From NCBI GenBank assembly GCA_010909165.1, contig VJWM01000068.1, positions 930,001 to 994,000 on the forward strand: DNA of 64,000 nt, read 5' to 3'. Of this stretch, positions 36,494 to 47,824 are shown piece by piece (position 1 is the stretch's first letter; every line of letters starts with the position of its first letter). The notes below the pieces were generated by a model that was given only the letters and a program-made list of their open reading frames with translations, was not told the DNA's origin and did no database searches. The DNA is from Anthoceros angustus. Its lineage: Eukaryota > Plantae > Anthocerotophyta. A program made the translations under genes and the position numbers.

Positions 36494-36697
36494 TGTAATG
36501 GTATTACGTATATACATAAGTATATAAGTATATACGTACATTATACATGACATGTATATGATATGTATATGGGATACAATATGGATAAGATCGGAAGTAC
36601 AGTTCACCATAGTGAGTCATATGCTAAGTATACAGTGCCAGTCTTGAGATGTTAAATACATGCCCCAAGCCTGGGGGCAGCTTTCTCTATCATTACA
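36494..36697 (+). repeat. 3' LTR (204 bp)
   Basis: TG...CA termini, followed by TSD TATAG. Confidence 0.95.
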
Positions 36698-37454
36698 TAT
36701 AGACCCAATAGGGCCCACATATTGCACAAGCTTTATAACTAGCTAAGTCATATTCTAGCAAAAAATATTTGAGAGAATTCATACATTTTGTGCAAAATGA
36801 TGTTGTGTGTACATTTTATATACCAAACTAGTTAGTTCTTAGGACTATGGTCAATCTAACTACGGATAGACCGTTTATATTGACTTTTGCAAAAGTTTTT
36901 ATTTATGCAAAGTTTTTATTTAGGTTGCAAAAGTCTATACGTTCAAATTTATGGAGCTTAATGTTTCTTGTATTGTAAAATATGGACCAGCTTTGTGTTT
37001 CTTATAGATAATAATATTATTTATATTTATATTTAATAATAATCATATTTTCTAAAAGTGAAACCAAATATTATCATAATTCTTCTTCTTCTTCTTCTTT
37101 CAAGATATAGATGATCTTGATGATAATATATTTTATGACCTCGCTAATCCAATAATTCACTAATTCTTAGCTCAAGCAGTTAAATAGATATAATATTGCA
37201 GCGTAAGTGCAAAAAAGTCACAATATGCTTATGGATAAAATAAATCTTTCTTTTACATCGAAACTCTTGGTAATTATGTAATATAGAAATTATGTCATAA
37301 TGATCGAGAAATCGTTTATTGAATGGCCTATATATGTGTCATGAGAGGGGTCTACTCTTTATCCGTTGATTTGTTCTCATTTATTATCTTTCATGAGACC
37401 ATCTTTAAAGTCATAGTTTTTTAATTCTCTCTCCCAAGTTATAGTTGTCCAATC

Positions 37455-38996
37455 ATGGCCGGAGGGGGTATAGTGATAGAGAGTCATGGAAAGCAGTATG
37501 TAGGGCACCTCACTTGGTTTGTGCTCATAGCTTGCATTGTAGCAGCTAGTGGTGGGTTGATATTTGGATATGATATTGGTATATCTGGTGGTGTAACAGG
37601 GATGGATGATTTCCTCTTGAAATTCTTTCCTGCAGTCTACGCTCGCAAACAATTGGCACATGAAGATGATTATTGTAAATTCGATAATCACATTCTTCAA
37701 TTTTTCACATCCTCTCTCTATCTTGCTGCACTTTTGGCATCCTTTGTGGCATCTATAACTAGTAGAAAGCATGGAAGGATTTCATCTATTCGCATCGGGG
37801 CTGTCAGCTTCTTATGCGGTGCCCTCTTGAATGGATTTGCCGTCAACCTAGCAATGTTGATTATTGGAAGAATTTTACTGGGAATAGGAGTGGGGTTCGC
37901 GAATCAGTCAGTTCCACTATATCTTTCAGAAATGGCTCCTACTCATCTACGAGGATCTTTGAACATGATGTTTCAACTGGCCATTACTCTAGGTATTCTT
38001 GTTGCTGCGCTTATTAACTATCATACGGCAACAGTCTCTGATGGTTGGAAATGGTCACTTGGATTGGCTGCTGTTCCAGCGGTGTTAATGTTGATAGGTA
38101 GCTTTTTCCTTCCAGACACACCAAATAGTTTGATTGAAAGAGGTCATTTGGAATCTGGAAAGAAAGTTTTGTGTAAAACTAGAGGCGTTGAACTTCGTGA
38201 TGTTGAACAAGAGTTTGAGGATATTTTCGTAGCAAGTTTGCAATCCAAGAATGTGGAAAAACCATGCAAGAGCATATTGGAAAGAAAAAATCGGCCACAA
38301 CTCGTGATTACATTACTTATTCCTTTATTTCAGCAATTTACAGGAATAAATGCGATTATGTTTTATGCCCCTGTGTTGTTCCAAACAATTGGCTTTGGTA
38401 GCAAGTCATCTCTTTACTCCTCAGTGATTTCAGCAGGTGTCAACTTCGTAGCAACTCTTGTTTCTATAGCAACTGTGGACAAGATTGGACGTAGAAAATT
38501 GTTCTTGGAGGGAGGCATCCAAATGATAATATCTCAGTTCATTATCGGCATCATTCTTGCTTGCTTATTTGGTGGTACAAAACAGTTATCTAACGGTGCT
38601 GCCATTGGAGTTATCATTGTTGTTTGCACATATGTAGCAGCTTTTGCTTGGTCGTGGGGACCACTTGGATGGCTTGTTCCTAGTGAGATTTTTCCTATGG
38701 AAACCCGTTCAGTTGGTCAAGCTATCAATGTTTCTATGAACATGCTCTTCACATTCGTAATCGCTCAAGCCTTCTTGAGCATGCTATGTCATTTTCAATA
38801 TGGCATATTCTTTTTCTTCGCAGGTTGGGTACTTATCATGACTATCTTTATCTATTTCTTTTTGCCGGAAACTAGTGGTGTTCACATAGATGACATGGAC
38901 CACATTTGGAGGAAACACTGGTTTTGGAAGAAGATTATTCCCAATGAAGAAAGTGTTATGCCAACAGCTGAAGCTCCCACTATAGTTGCAGTCTAG
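37455..38996 (+). CDS. STP: Sugar transport protein (STP), intronless, copy b (513 aa)
   Basis: Single ORF with the same STP motifs; close paralog of 30417-31970 with homologous 3' flank. Confidence 0.98.
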   Translation: MAGGGIVIESHGKQYVGHLTWFVLIACIVAASGGLIFGYDIGISGGVTGMDDFLLKFFPAVYARKQLAHEDDYCKFDNHILQFFTSSLYLAALLASFVASITSRKHGRISSIRIGAVSFLCGALLNGFAVNLAMLIIGRILLGIGVGFANQSVPLYLSEMAPTHLRGSLNMMFQLAITLGILVAALINYHTATVSDGWKWSLGLAAVPAVLMLIGSFFLPDTPNSLIERGHLESGKKVLCKTRGVELRDVEQEFEDIFVASLQSKNVEKPCKSILERKNRPQLVITLLIPLFQQFTGINAIMFYAPVLFQTIGFGSKSSLYSSVISAGVNFVATLVSIATVDKIGRRKLFLEGGIQMIISQFIIGIILACLFGGTKQLSNGAAIGVIIVVCTYVAAFAWSWGPLGWLVPSEIFPMETRSVGQAINVSMNMLFTFVIAQAFLSMLCHFQYGIFFFFAGWVLIMTIFIYFFLPETSGVHIDDMDHIWRKHWFWKKIIPNEESVMPTAEAPTIVAV

Positions 38997-40074
38997 CGTA
39001 CTACATCCAATGTGCTTTGTAGGAAATCTAGTAGCTTAGAAGTGTTTAGTATAGTAGAAGGCTAGTGCTTGAGGCTATTATAGGTTTAGAATTTTTCTTA
39101 TTTCATTGCATCCACTCTTTTATGGGTGTAGGTTGTTACTTGTAATTCAAATTTTGAATTGGATGTAGATTATTCCATGATTCGAATCCGTAGATTGCAA
39201 AATCAATTGATATTCATGATTCATGCAATATCTAAAATGTTAATATCAGTTGTAAATTACACCCAGAGCATGATGTCAATTACAATTGTTCTCTAGGAGA
39301 TAAGCATGCCTTGGAGATAAGCACGACAGATGGCAGTAGAGTTTCTACGATGTATATGACCTAGCCACCGTCAATGGCACCCATAGGATCCCACAGATTG
39401 AATTACCAGTTGGATTAACACAGAAGAAAAGTAATTCACAGTAATTAAATGAACTAACTTTTGACCCAAACCTCGTACTTTTTAGGCTTTAGGGTTTGCC
39501 CGGATTTGGTGGAGCTTTCATGAACAGCATGTTTTTGATAGTCGGGAAGTTGGATGAAAATCAACTGAAAGTTACCAACATGTTCGATTATGCTTTTACG
39601 AGATTCTGCCATGTTCATACTCCAATTGGATTTCAAGGTGTTAAAGCTGGTGCGAGAGATATGCCAAAGCTCGTATAGATCCATGGAAATTTGCATGGGG
39701 CCAAATAGATCAATGCACCAGTATTAGAACTCTAGATGTTTAAAAGAAAGATTTTGAACAAGGTTGACCAACTAGCATGTTTAGCAATTTATGCATATAT
39801 CCAAAGCGATCTCCCACTTTAGAAGGTAATATTTCTTGGAGCTATTTTATTGACATCCATTATTATATCCCCTCCAATTAAGCGTAGATCAATACGCTAA
39901 TAGCAGGTCACGCTCAAGTGTTTGACGACTTTGAAGCCAGATGTGATTGCCAAGGCTGCCAGAGCTGTGTGTCACTTTGGCCAAGGCATCTCGGCCAGCA
40001 ACAGCTCACCCACAATCCGACTTCATAGTATCCAAGACATCGTTTACCAGTTCCCATTCTCTGAAATACATTGA

Positions 40075-43000
40075 AGTCCGACCCGGCGAATCAAGCTCCT
40101 GGCTATGAAACAGCAGCAGTCGAAACAGACAGGATGAAAGAAATGCCAAACAACAGGAGAGCCTGGACCGGACCGGCGACGGCGGTCGACACCGCGGCTT
40201 CGCAAGTACACCAGATAGTTTTAGGGACTAGGTCTGAGGTTACTGTGACTGTGTGCAGGGACTAGGTTACTGTGACAGTGAGGAACAAATTGAGCTCACC
40301 TCAAAACACGAGCGTTTCAAGAGTTCAAATTGTTTACTAGGCGTGAGTGCCAGAGCCTTGATTGCTTTTCACTCCTCAATTCGGTTGCAAATCCTCAACT
40401 CGAATTAGACCAGCTACTTTGTTTGACTTCTCAAGTCTCCTCGCCAAAGTACAGGTCTGTTCGGCCAACGTACTCCATCGCACACCATATTCAGCTTCAG
40501 TGCACTTAGTATGTCTGTAAACAGATGGAGCAGAGAAACCCTACCCATACTTCCATTGAAAACCCTCTCATCTTCTTTTTCCTTTCTTCACGCCTTTGCC
40601 ACCTTTTCCTCCTTTCCCTTTCTTGTCCTTTGCCTTCTTTTTAGCTTTCCTCCTCTCCTTCCTCGCAATAAGACGGCCGAGGTGACCTCTCCAGATCTTC
40701 TGGATCTTGAGGGTTCCTTTCAACCTCATCTCATTGATTCCATGCATCTCAATGTCCAGGAGTCTCTGCCGTTCCTTCTCATCCGCCTTCGCTTGCTGAT
40801 CAGCAACATGTTGCAAGTACCTGATCAGAACGTTGAGAGAGTGTCTATCAGTTTGTTGCAACTCCGAAAAGCCTTGCAGATGTAGTTGTATGAACGTGGA
40901 AATGCCACGAAGTGAGGACTCTATCAACCTGGGCTCCAGTTCATCAAGAAGTTTCTGTTTATCATCTCTCTGTTCTTTCATTCTCTTCAGCATACCGTCC
41001 ATGTTAACAGAGTCAAGTTCAATTCCTTGTGCCAAAGCAATAGCCTCTTCCCTAAGCGCTAAGTTTTGCTTCTTCAAAAATTCAACTGCGTACACATGTA
41101 CTTTCTTCTCGGCCTGTTCCATTCATGCAGGCTTACTAGTGATGAGGAGGGTTCCAAGAGCACCAACTAAGAATGCTGAAGACAGCACAAGGGTGCTCCA
41201 ACCTTGTGAAACGACAGACACATGTTTACCTCAAGATCAATTTTTAGCTGCTCTTTGGCCTTCTTCAGTTCTGCAATTCTAAGGTCACGCGCTCTTCTGC
41301 TGCAGTCTGCTGCTGCTATGGCCTTATCTGTCCTAAAAATTCCGAAGCTCATCAAGTCTAAAAGTCATCAATAAAAACTCTAAATGGAACCGATTGTCGA
41401 GTATATGGACATATGGTGATTCTTGCACTCGATGACACACCCAGTCACTGCTGCGACTTACTTGTATCTGAAAGCTATGGCGTTGGCCTTTTCAAAATTC
41501 TTGAGCACCTGTACAGCCAGAATAGGTTGATCAGGCGACACGCTACAGGTTGAGACGCATTTTCTGGGGGCGGTAAGAAACACATAAGGTCACGTTACCT
41601 GCCTCAGATGTTGGAGAATCTTCTTCCACTCTTTATCAAGTGCTCTTTGTGCAGCTGCCTCCACCTCCAAGAGCATGGCAATATTGACCATGTCACGCTT
41701 CAACCATAACTCATGCTCAAGACTTGCAGGCAACTTGGCCTCCTTTTTCTCATCTTCTTCGTACATTCGCAACAGGACCTCAAAACTACCTGAATCTTCC
41801 ACCTGATACAAACCAACCACCATAGTGCGTAGATCAGGTCACTTGCAGTCCGACCCGGCGAATCAAGCTCCTGGCTATGAAACAGCAGCAGTCGAAACAG
41901 ACAGGATGAAAGAAATGCCAAACAACAGGAGAGCCTGGACCGGACCGGCGACGGCGGTCGACACCGCGGCTTCGCAAGTACACCAGATAGTTTTAGGGAC
42001 TAGGTCTGAGGTTACTGTGACTGTGTGCAGGGACTAGGTTACTGTGACAGTGAGGAACAAATTGAGCTCACCTCAAAACACGAGCGTTTCAAGAGTTCAA
42101 ATTGTTTACTAGGCGTGAGTGCCAGAGCCTTGATTGCTTTTCACTCCTCAATTCGGTTGCAAATCCTCAACTCGAATTAGACCAGCTACTTTGTTTGACT
42201 TCTCAAGTCTCCTCGCCAAAGTACAGGTCTGTTCGGCCAACGTACTCCATCGCACACCATATTCAGCTTCAGTGCACTTAGTATGTCTGTAAACAGATGG
42301 AGCAGAGAAACCCTACCCATACTTCCATTGAAAACCCTCTCATCTTCTTTTTCCTTTTCTTCACGCCTTTGCCACCTTTTCCTCCTTTCCCTTTCTTGTC
42401 CTTTGCCTTCTTTTTAGCTTTCCTCCTCTCCTTCCTCGCAATAAGACGGCCGAGGTGACCTCTCCAGATCTTCTGGATCTTGAGGGTTCCTTTCAACCTC
42501 ATCTCATTGATTCCATGCATCTCAATGTCCAGGAGTCTCTGCCGTTCCTTCTCATCCGCCTTCGCTTGCTGATCAGCAACATGTTGCAAGTACCTGATCA
42601 GAACGTTGAGAGTGTCTATCAGTTTGTTGCAACTCCGAAAAGCCTTGCAGATGTAGTTGTATGAACGTGGAAATGCCACGAAGTGAGGACTCTATCAACC
42701 TGGGCTCCAGTTCATCAAGAAGTTTCTGTTTATCATCTCTCTGTTCTTTCATTCTCTTCAGCATACCGTCCATGTTAACAGAGTCAAGTTCAATTCCTTG
42801 TGCCAAAGCAATAGCCTCTTCCCTAAGCGCTAAGTTTTGCTTCTTCAAAATTCAACTGCGTACACATGTACTTTCTTCTCGGCCTGTTCCATTCATGCAG
42901 GCTTACTAGTGATGAGGAGGGTTCCAAGAGCAACCAACTAAGAATGCTGAAGACAGCACAAGGGTGCTCCAACCTTGTGAAACGACAGACACATGTTTAC

Positions 43001-43617
43001 CTCAAGATCAATTTTAGCTGCTCTTTGGCCTTCTTCAGTTCTGCAATTCTAAGGTCACGCGCTCTTCTGCTGCAGTCTGCTGCTGCTATGGCCTTATCTG
43101 TCCTAAAAATTCCGAAGCTCATCAAGTCTAAAAGTCATCAATAAAAACTCTAAATGGAACCGATTGTCGAGTATATGGACATATGGTGATTCTTGCACTC
43201 GATGACACACCCAGTCACTGCTGCGACTTACTTGTATCTGAAAGCTATGGCGTTGGCCTTTTCAAATTCTTGAGCACCTGTACAGCCAGAATAGGTTGAT
43301 CAGGCGACACGCTACAGGTTGAGACGCATTTTCTGGGGGCGGTAAGAAACACATAAGGTCACGTTACCTGCCTCAGATGTTGGAGAATCTTCTTCCACTC
43401 TTTATCAAGTGCTCTTTGTGCAGCTGCCTCCACCTCCAAGAGCATGGCAATATTGACCATGTCACGCTTCAACCATAACTCATGCTCAAGACTTGCAGGC
43501 AACTTGGCCTCCTTTTCTCATCTTCTTCGTACATTCGCAACAGGACCTCAAAACTACCTGAATCTTCCACCTGATACAAACCAACCACCATAGTGCGTAG
43601 ATCAGGTCACTTGCAGT
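40075..43617. repeat. Tandem duplication, period ~1772 bp (40075-41849 / 41847-43617)
   Basis: AGTCCGACCCGGCG recurs; junction TTGCAGT/TTGAAGT; copies differ mainly by 1-2 nt indels. Confidence 0.96.
40568..41802 (-). pseudogene. DRC9: 3' part only of DRC9/IQCG (duplicate A)
   Basis: Coiled-coil exons, IQ motif IQKIWRGHLGR and Lys/Gly tail; 5' exons cut off by the junction at ~41847. Confidence 0.65.
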
Positions 43618-44311
43618 GCCCACCTCCTCCCGATGTACGAAGAATCTGGGCATGCACCTCTGTCAAAGTTGCCTGCAGAACATGCTGCAGCCATTCAAGC
43701 TCGACGCAGAATTTTGACACTGGTGATTTTCGCCACAACAGGGTGTGCATCTTGTCTGCCGCCTCGATAAGTTGAACCTTTCTTTGCTGCACGTATTTCT
43801 CTTGCGCATCCTCTGGAACCAATTTAATGCAAAGCTCTGGCGACTGGAATTATGCAAATCAATCCTCATTACAACACAATTTTGCCTCAGCTTATGTGGG
43901 TGCAACAACGGACGTGCACCGTGCCTAATGCTGACGCCGCAGTAGGAAATCACACCTACTCACAAGGTTGGCGTCAGGCAACAAGGACAACACGTGCAAG
44001 CGCTCCAGCAAGCCGCGTAAAAATCCGATGACAAGGATGCGCCCAAATCCATAGTGAGGAGGAACCTCTCCCTCACAGAAATCGGAAGGGCGCTTCTCCT
44101 CAACAACTGGTGGCTCAACCAAGGGCTCTCCCTTGTGAATGGAACAGAATTTGCCAGTTCCAACAACCAGAGTTGCAGCCGTGCCAGATGCTCCAGTTTT
44201 CTCACTGACTCCCTTGACCGTCTTGCTAGACTCAATAATCTTCTTGGCTGCGTTTGCGTCCAGCGATTGACGGGCAGCCTGTGGAGTCGGTTCAACAGTG
44301 GCCGGACTCAT
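42340..44311 (-). CDS. DRC9: IQ-domain coiled-coil protein of the nexin-dynein regulatory complex (DRC9/IQCG-like), apparently complete copy B with homopolymer frameshifts
   Basis: N-terminal GFLRGLLERLHVLSLLP, WLQHVLQATLTE..SGSFEVLL, KVHVYAVEFLKKQN...LKRMKEQR, C-terminal IQxxWRG plus KKGKGGK tail; DRC10/IQCD is the less likely alternative. Confidence 0.7.
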
Positions 44312-47028
44312 AGTTGCAACCACGCTATCGATTCATGGTATGCAAGGTCCTGAAAAGTTACATGGCTTCACCGGCAGCTCCTATGTCTCACACTCGCACT
44401 CACTCTGCTGAAGAGCATAACCTGTGTCTCTGCCTTGGAGGTTGTCGGAGAGGAGAAACATGACGGGTGCCAGAAATTTGTACAATATACAACTTGGGAT
44501 GCATTCATCTGCACCTGGCACCTGCACCTGCACATCCACGCAACGCCAATCAAGCAGGCTTCCTTCCTACTGGCAAACACTGATTGGATTCCTTCTAAAG
44601 CAGATCACCTCATTCACCTGTGGTGTTCGCCACATGCCGCTGTTCATGACAGTGTCCAGAATTATCGCGAGGAGGAGGCGGGGCGAGAAAAGTTAGGAAA
44701 GGGAGAGATCAATGCGGATCAGTTGTAAATGAGGGCCAGAAGCTCGCCTGCACAGAGTGCGGGCATTCCACGGTATAATTGACGGTTACGCCCTTGTCCG
44801 CGGCATCCCAGCCTGCGGATGGAATTGTTCCCGATTGTTTGGAGCCAGCAATTTTGCATGACAGACGAATTGAAGGATTTCACCCCGGCAAGAACCAGAT
44901 GTACCCTAATAAAACGGTGGTGCTGAGTTTTGCTTCTTCAAAATTCAACTGCGTACACATGTACTTTCTTCTCGGCCTGTTCCATTCATGCAGGCTTACT
45001 AGTGATGAGGAGGGTTCCAAGAGCACCAACTAAGAATGCTGAAGACAGCACAAGGGTGCTCCAACCTTGTGAAACGACAGACACATGTTTACCTCAAGAT
45101 CAATTTTTAGCTGCTCTTTGGCCTTCTTCAGTTCTGCAATTCTAAGGTCACGCGCTCTTCTGCTGCAGTCTGCTGCTGCTATGGCCTTATCTGTCCTAAA
45201 AAATTCCGAAGCTCATCAAGTCTAAAAGTCATCAATAAAAAACTCTAAATGGAACCGATTGTCGAGTATATGGACATATGGTGATTCTTGCACTCGATGA
45301 CACACCCAGTCACTGCTGCGACCCCACTTACTTGTATCTGAAAGCTATGGCGTTGGCCTTTTTCAAATTCTTGAGCACCTGTACAGCCAGAATAGGTTGA
45401 TCAGGCGACACGCTACAGGTTGAGACGCATTTTCTGGGGGCGGTAAGAAACACATAAGGTCACGTTACCTGCCTCAGATGTTGGAGAATCTTCTTCCACT
45501 CTTTATCAAGTGCTCTTTGTGCAGCTGCCTCCACCTCCAAGAGCATGGCAATATTGACCATGTCACGCTTCAACCATAACTCATGCTCAAGACTTGCAGG
45601 CAACTTGGCCTCCTTTTCTCATCTTCTTCGTACATTCGCAACAGGACCTCAAAACTACCTGAATCTTCCACCTGATACAAACCAACCACCATAGTGCGTA
45701 GATCAGGTCACTTGCAGTGCCCACCTCCTCCCGATGTACGAAGAATCTGGGCATGCACCTCTGTCAAAGTTGCCTGCAGAACATGCTGCAGCCATTCAAG
45801 CTCGACGCAGAATTTTGACACTGGTGATTTTCGCCACAACAGGGTGTGCATCTTGTCTGCCGCCTCGATAAGTTGAACCTTTCTTTGCTGCACGTATTTC
45901 TCTTGCGCATCCTCTGGAACCAATTTAATGCAAAGCTCTGGCGACTGGAATTATGCAAATCAATCCTCATTACAACACAATTTTGCCTCAGCTTATGTGG
46001 GTGCAACAACGGACGTGCATACACCGAATGCTGACGCCGCAGTAGGAAATCACACCTACTCACAAGGTTGGCGTCAGGCAACAAGGACAACACGTGCAAG
46101 CGCTCCAGCAAGCCGCGTAAAAATCCGATGACAAGGATGCGCCCAAATCCATAGTGAGGAGGAACCTCTCCCTCACAGAAATCGGAAGGGCGCTTCTCCT
46201 CAACAACTGGTGGCTCAACCAAGGGCTCTCCCTTGTGAATGGAACAGAATTTGCCAGTTCCAACAACCAGAGTTGCAGCCGTGCCAGATGCTCCAGTTTT
46301 CTCACTGACTCCCTTGACCGTCTTACATCTGAAATAATCTTCTTGGCTGCGTTTGCGTCCAGCGATTGACGGGCAGCCTGTGGAGTCGGTTCAACAGTGG
46401 CCGGACTCATAGTTGCAACCACGCTATCGATTCATGGTATGCAAGGTCCTGAAAAGTTACATGGCTTCACCGGCAGCTCCTATGTCTCACACTCGCACTC
46501 ACTCTGCTGAAGAGCATAACCTGTGTCTCTGCCTTGGAGGTTGTCGGAGAGGAGAAACATGACGGGTGCCAGAAATTTGTACAATATACAACTTGGGATG
46601 CATTCATCTGCACCTGGCACCTGCACCTGCACATCCACGCAACGCCAATCAAGCAGGCTTCCTTCCTACTGGCAAACACTGATTGGATTCCTTCTAAAGC
46701 AGATCACCTCATTCACCTGTGGTGTTCGCCACATGCCGCTGTTCATGACAGTGTCCAGAATTATCGCGAGGAGGAGGCGGGGCGAGAAAAGTTAGGAAAG
46801 GGAGAGATCAATGCGGATCAGTTGTAAATGAGGGCCAGAAGCTCGCCTGCACAGAGTGCGGGCATTCCACGGTATAATTGACGGTTACGCCCCTTGTCCG
46901 CGGCATCCCAGCCTGCGGATGGAATTGTTCCCGATTGTTTGGAGCCAGCAATTTGCATGACAGACGAATTGAAGGGATTTCACCCCGGCAAGAACCCAGA
47001 TGTACCCTAATAAAACGGTGGTGCTGAG
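42833..47028. repeat. Tandem duplication, period ~2093 bp (42833-44927 / 44926-47028)
   Basis: Junction GCTGAG/GCTAAG; near-identical copies. Confidence 0.96.
44928..46410 (-). pseudogene. DRC9: 5' part only of DRC9/IQCG (duplicate C), truncated in the last exon
   Basis: Same exons as copy B, ending at the 44927 junction. Confidence 0.65.
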
Positions 47029-47824
47029 GGAACAGCACCTTTCTCTGTAGGATGCCCACTCTGCGTCCAATGAGGATGCATCTCGGCCAATTCCCACGAG
47101 AATTTCTTGCTTGAGACAATTCTTCTGGCAATAGTCGTTTCTGCGAGCTCTTGCTGCACAGGCAGCTCTTTCCGGACCAGACATTTGGTAACAGGTAACA
47201 TAAGTCTCGTCCCCGAAGCTGGACTTTGGGCTGCTTGAAAATAGATAGGCTCTGTCTCCCTTTGCTACGCCATGCGACCCATGCATTTTTGAATCGAACA
47301 TGGCCCTGTTGCTAGTCATCCTGGCAATTCTCTCAGCGATGTTGAGATTTTGCCCAATGGAATGTTGACACTGTACGCATGCTCGCAACCAGTTGCAAGA
47401 TTGGCCTGCCCATAGCAGAGACGGGCGATGGCAACAAGAACATGGCTTCCTTTACCCTACTTGGTGAATAACATGTATCACATCCCCCGGACAATGTTGT
47501 CTGCTGACTCGTGCCTTGGTCGTGCGAAATGCCGATCAACCAGCAGGGGGTTGGAAGCGACCAAAGAAGAGGAGGGGAAGAATTCAAAGGCCCGTGTTAT
47601 CTCTCACACCACAGTAAAACCATCAAGACGAATTAGGATTGATTGATTTCGCGCTTTAAAAAGAAAAAAGCAGGATTGATTGGAAACACATTCCTCACGA
47701 TTACACCACTTGTGCCGACGCCAGGCCTTCTCCGGGCTCCATGCTGGAACGGAGCTAGGTTGGCAAGGGCACGTCGGGGCCATTATCCCTGGCAGCCAGG
47801 GAGTGGGATCCGCGGCTTTCGAAC

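Larger units (their letters stand above)
32714..36697 (+). mobile_element. Ty3/gypsy chromovirus (Tcn1-like) LTR retrotransposon, 3984 bp, lacking gag and protease
   Basis: LTRs 32714-32911 and 36494-36697 (TGTAAT...ATTACA), 5-bp TSD TATAG on both sides, degenerate Met PBS TAGTATCAAAAC, RT-RH-INT-chromodomain order. Confidence 0.97.

Noticed and set aside
39454-40265. Small ORFs or possible exons downstream of DRC9
   Set aside because: No coherent spliced product or known motif could be assembled
46500-47600. Long open minus-strand frames upstream of DRC9 as a separate gene
   Set aside because: Several frames are open, the two partial copies disagree in frame, and no similarity was recognised
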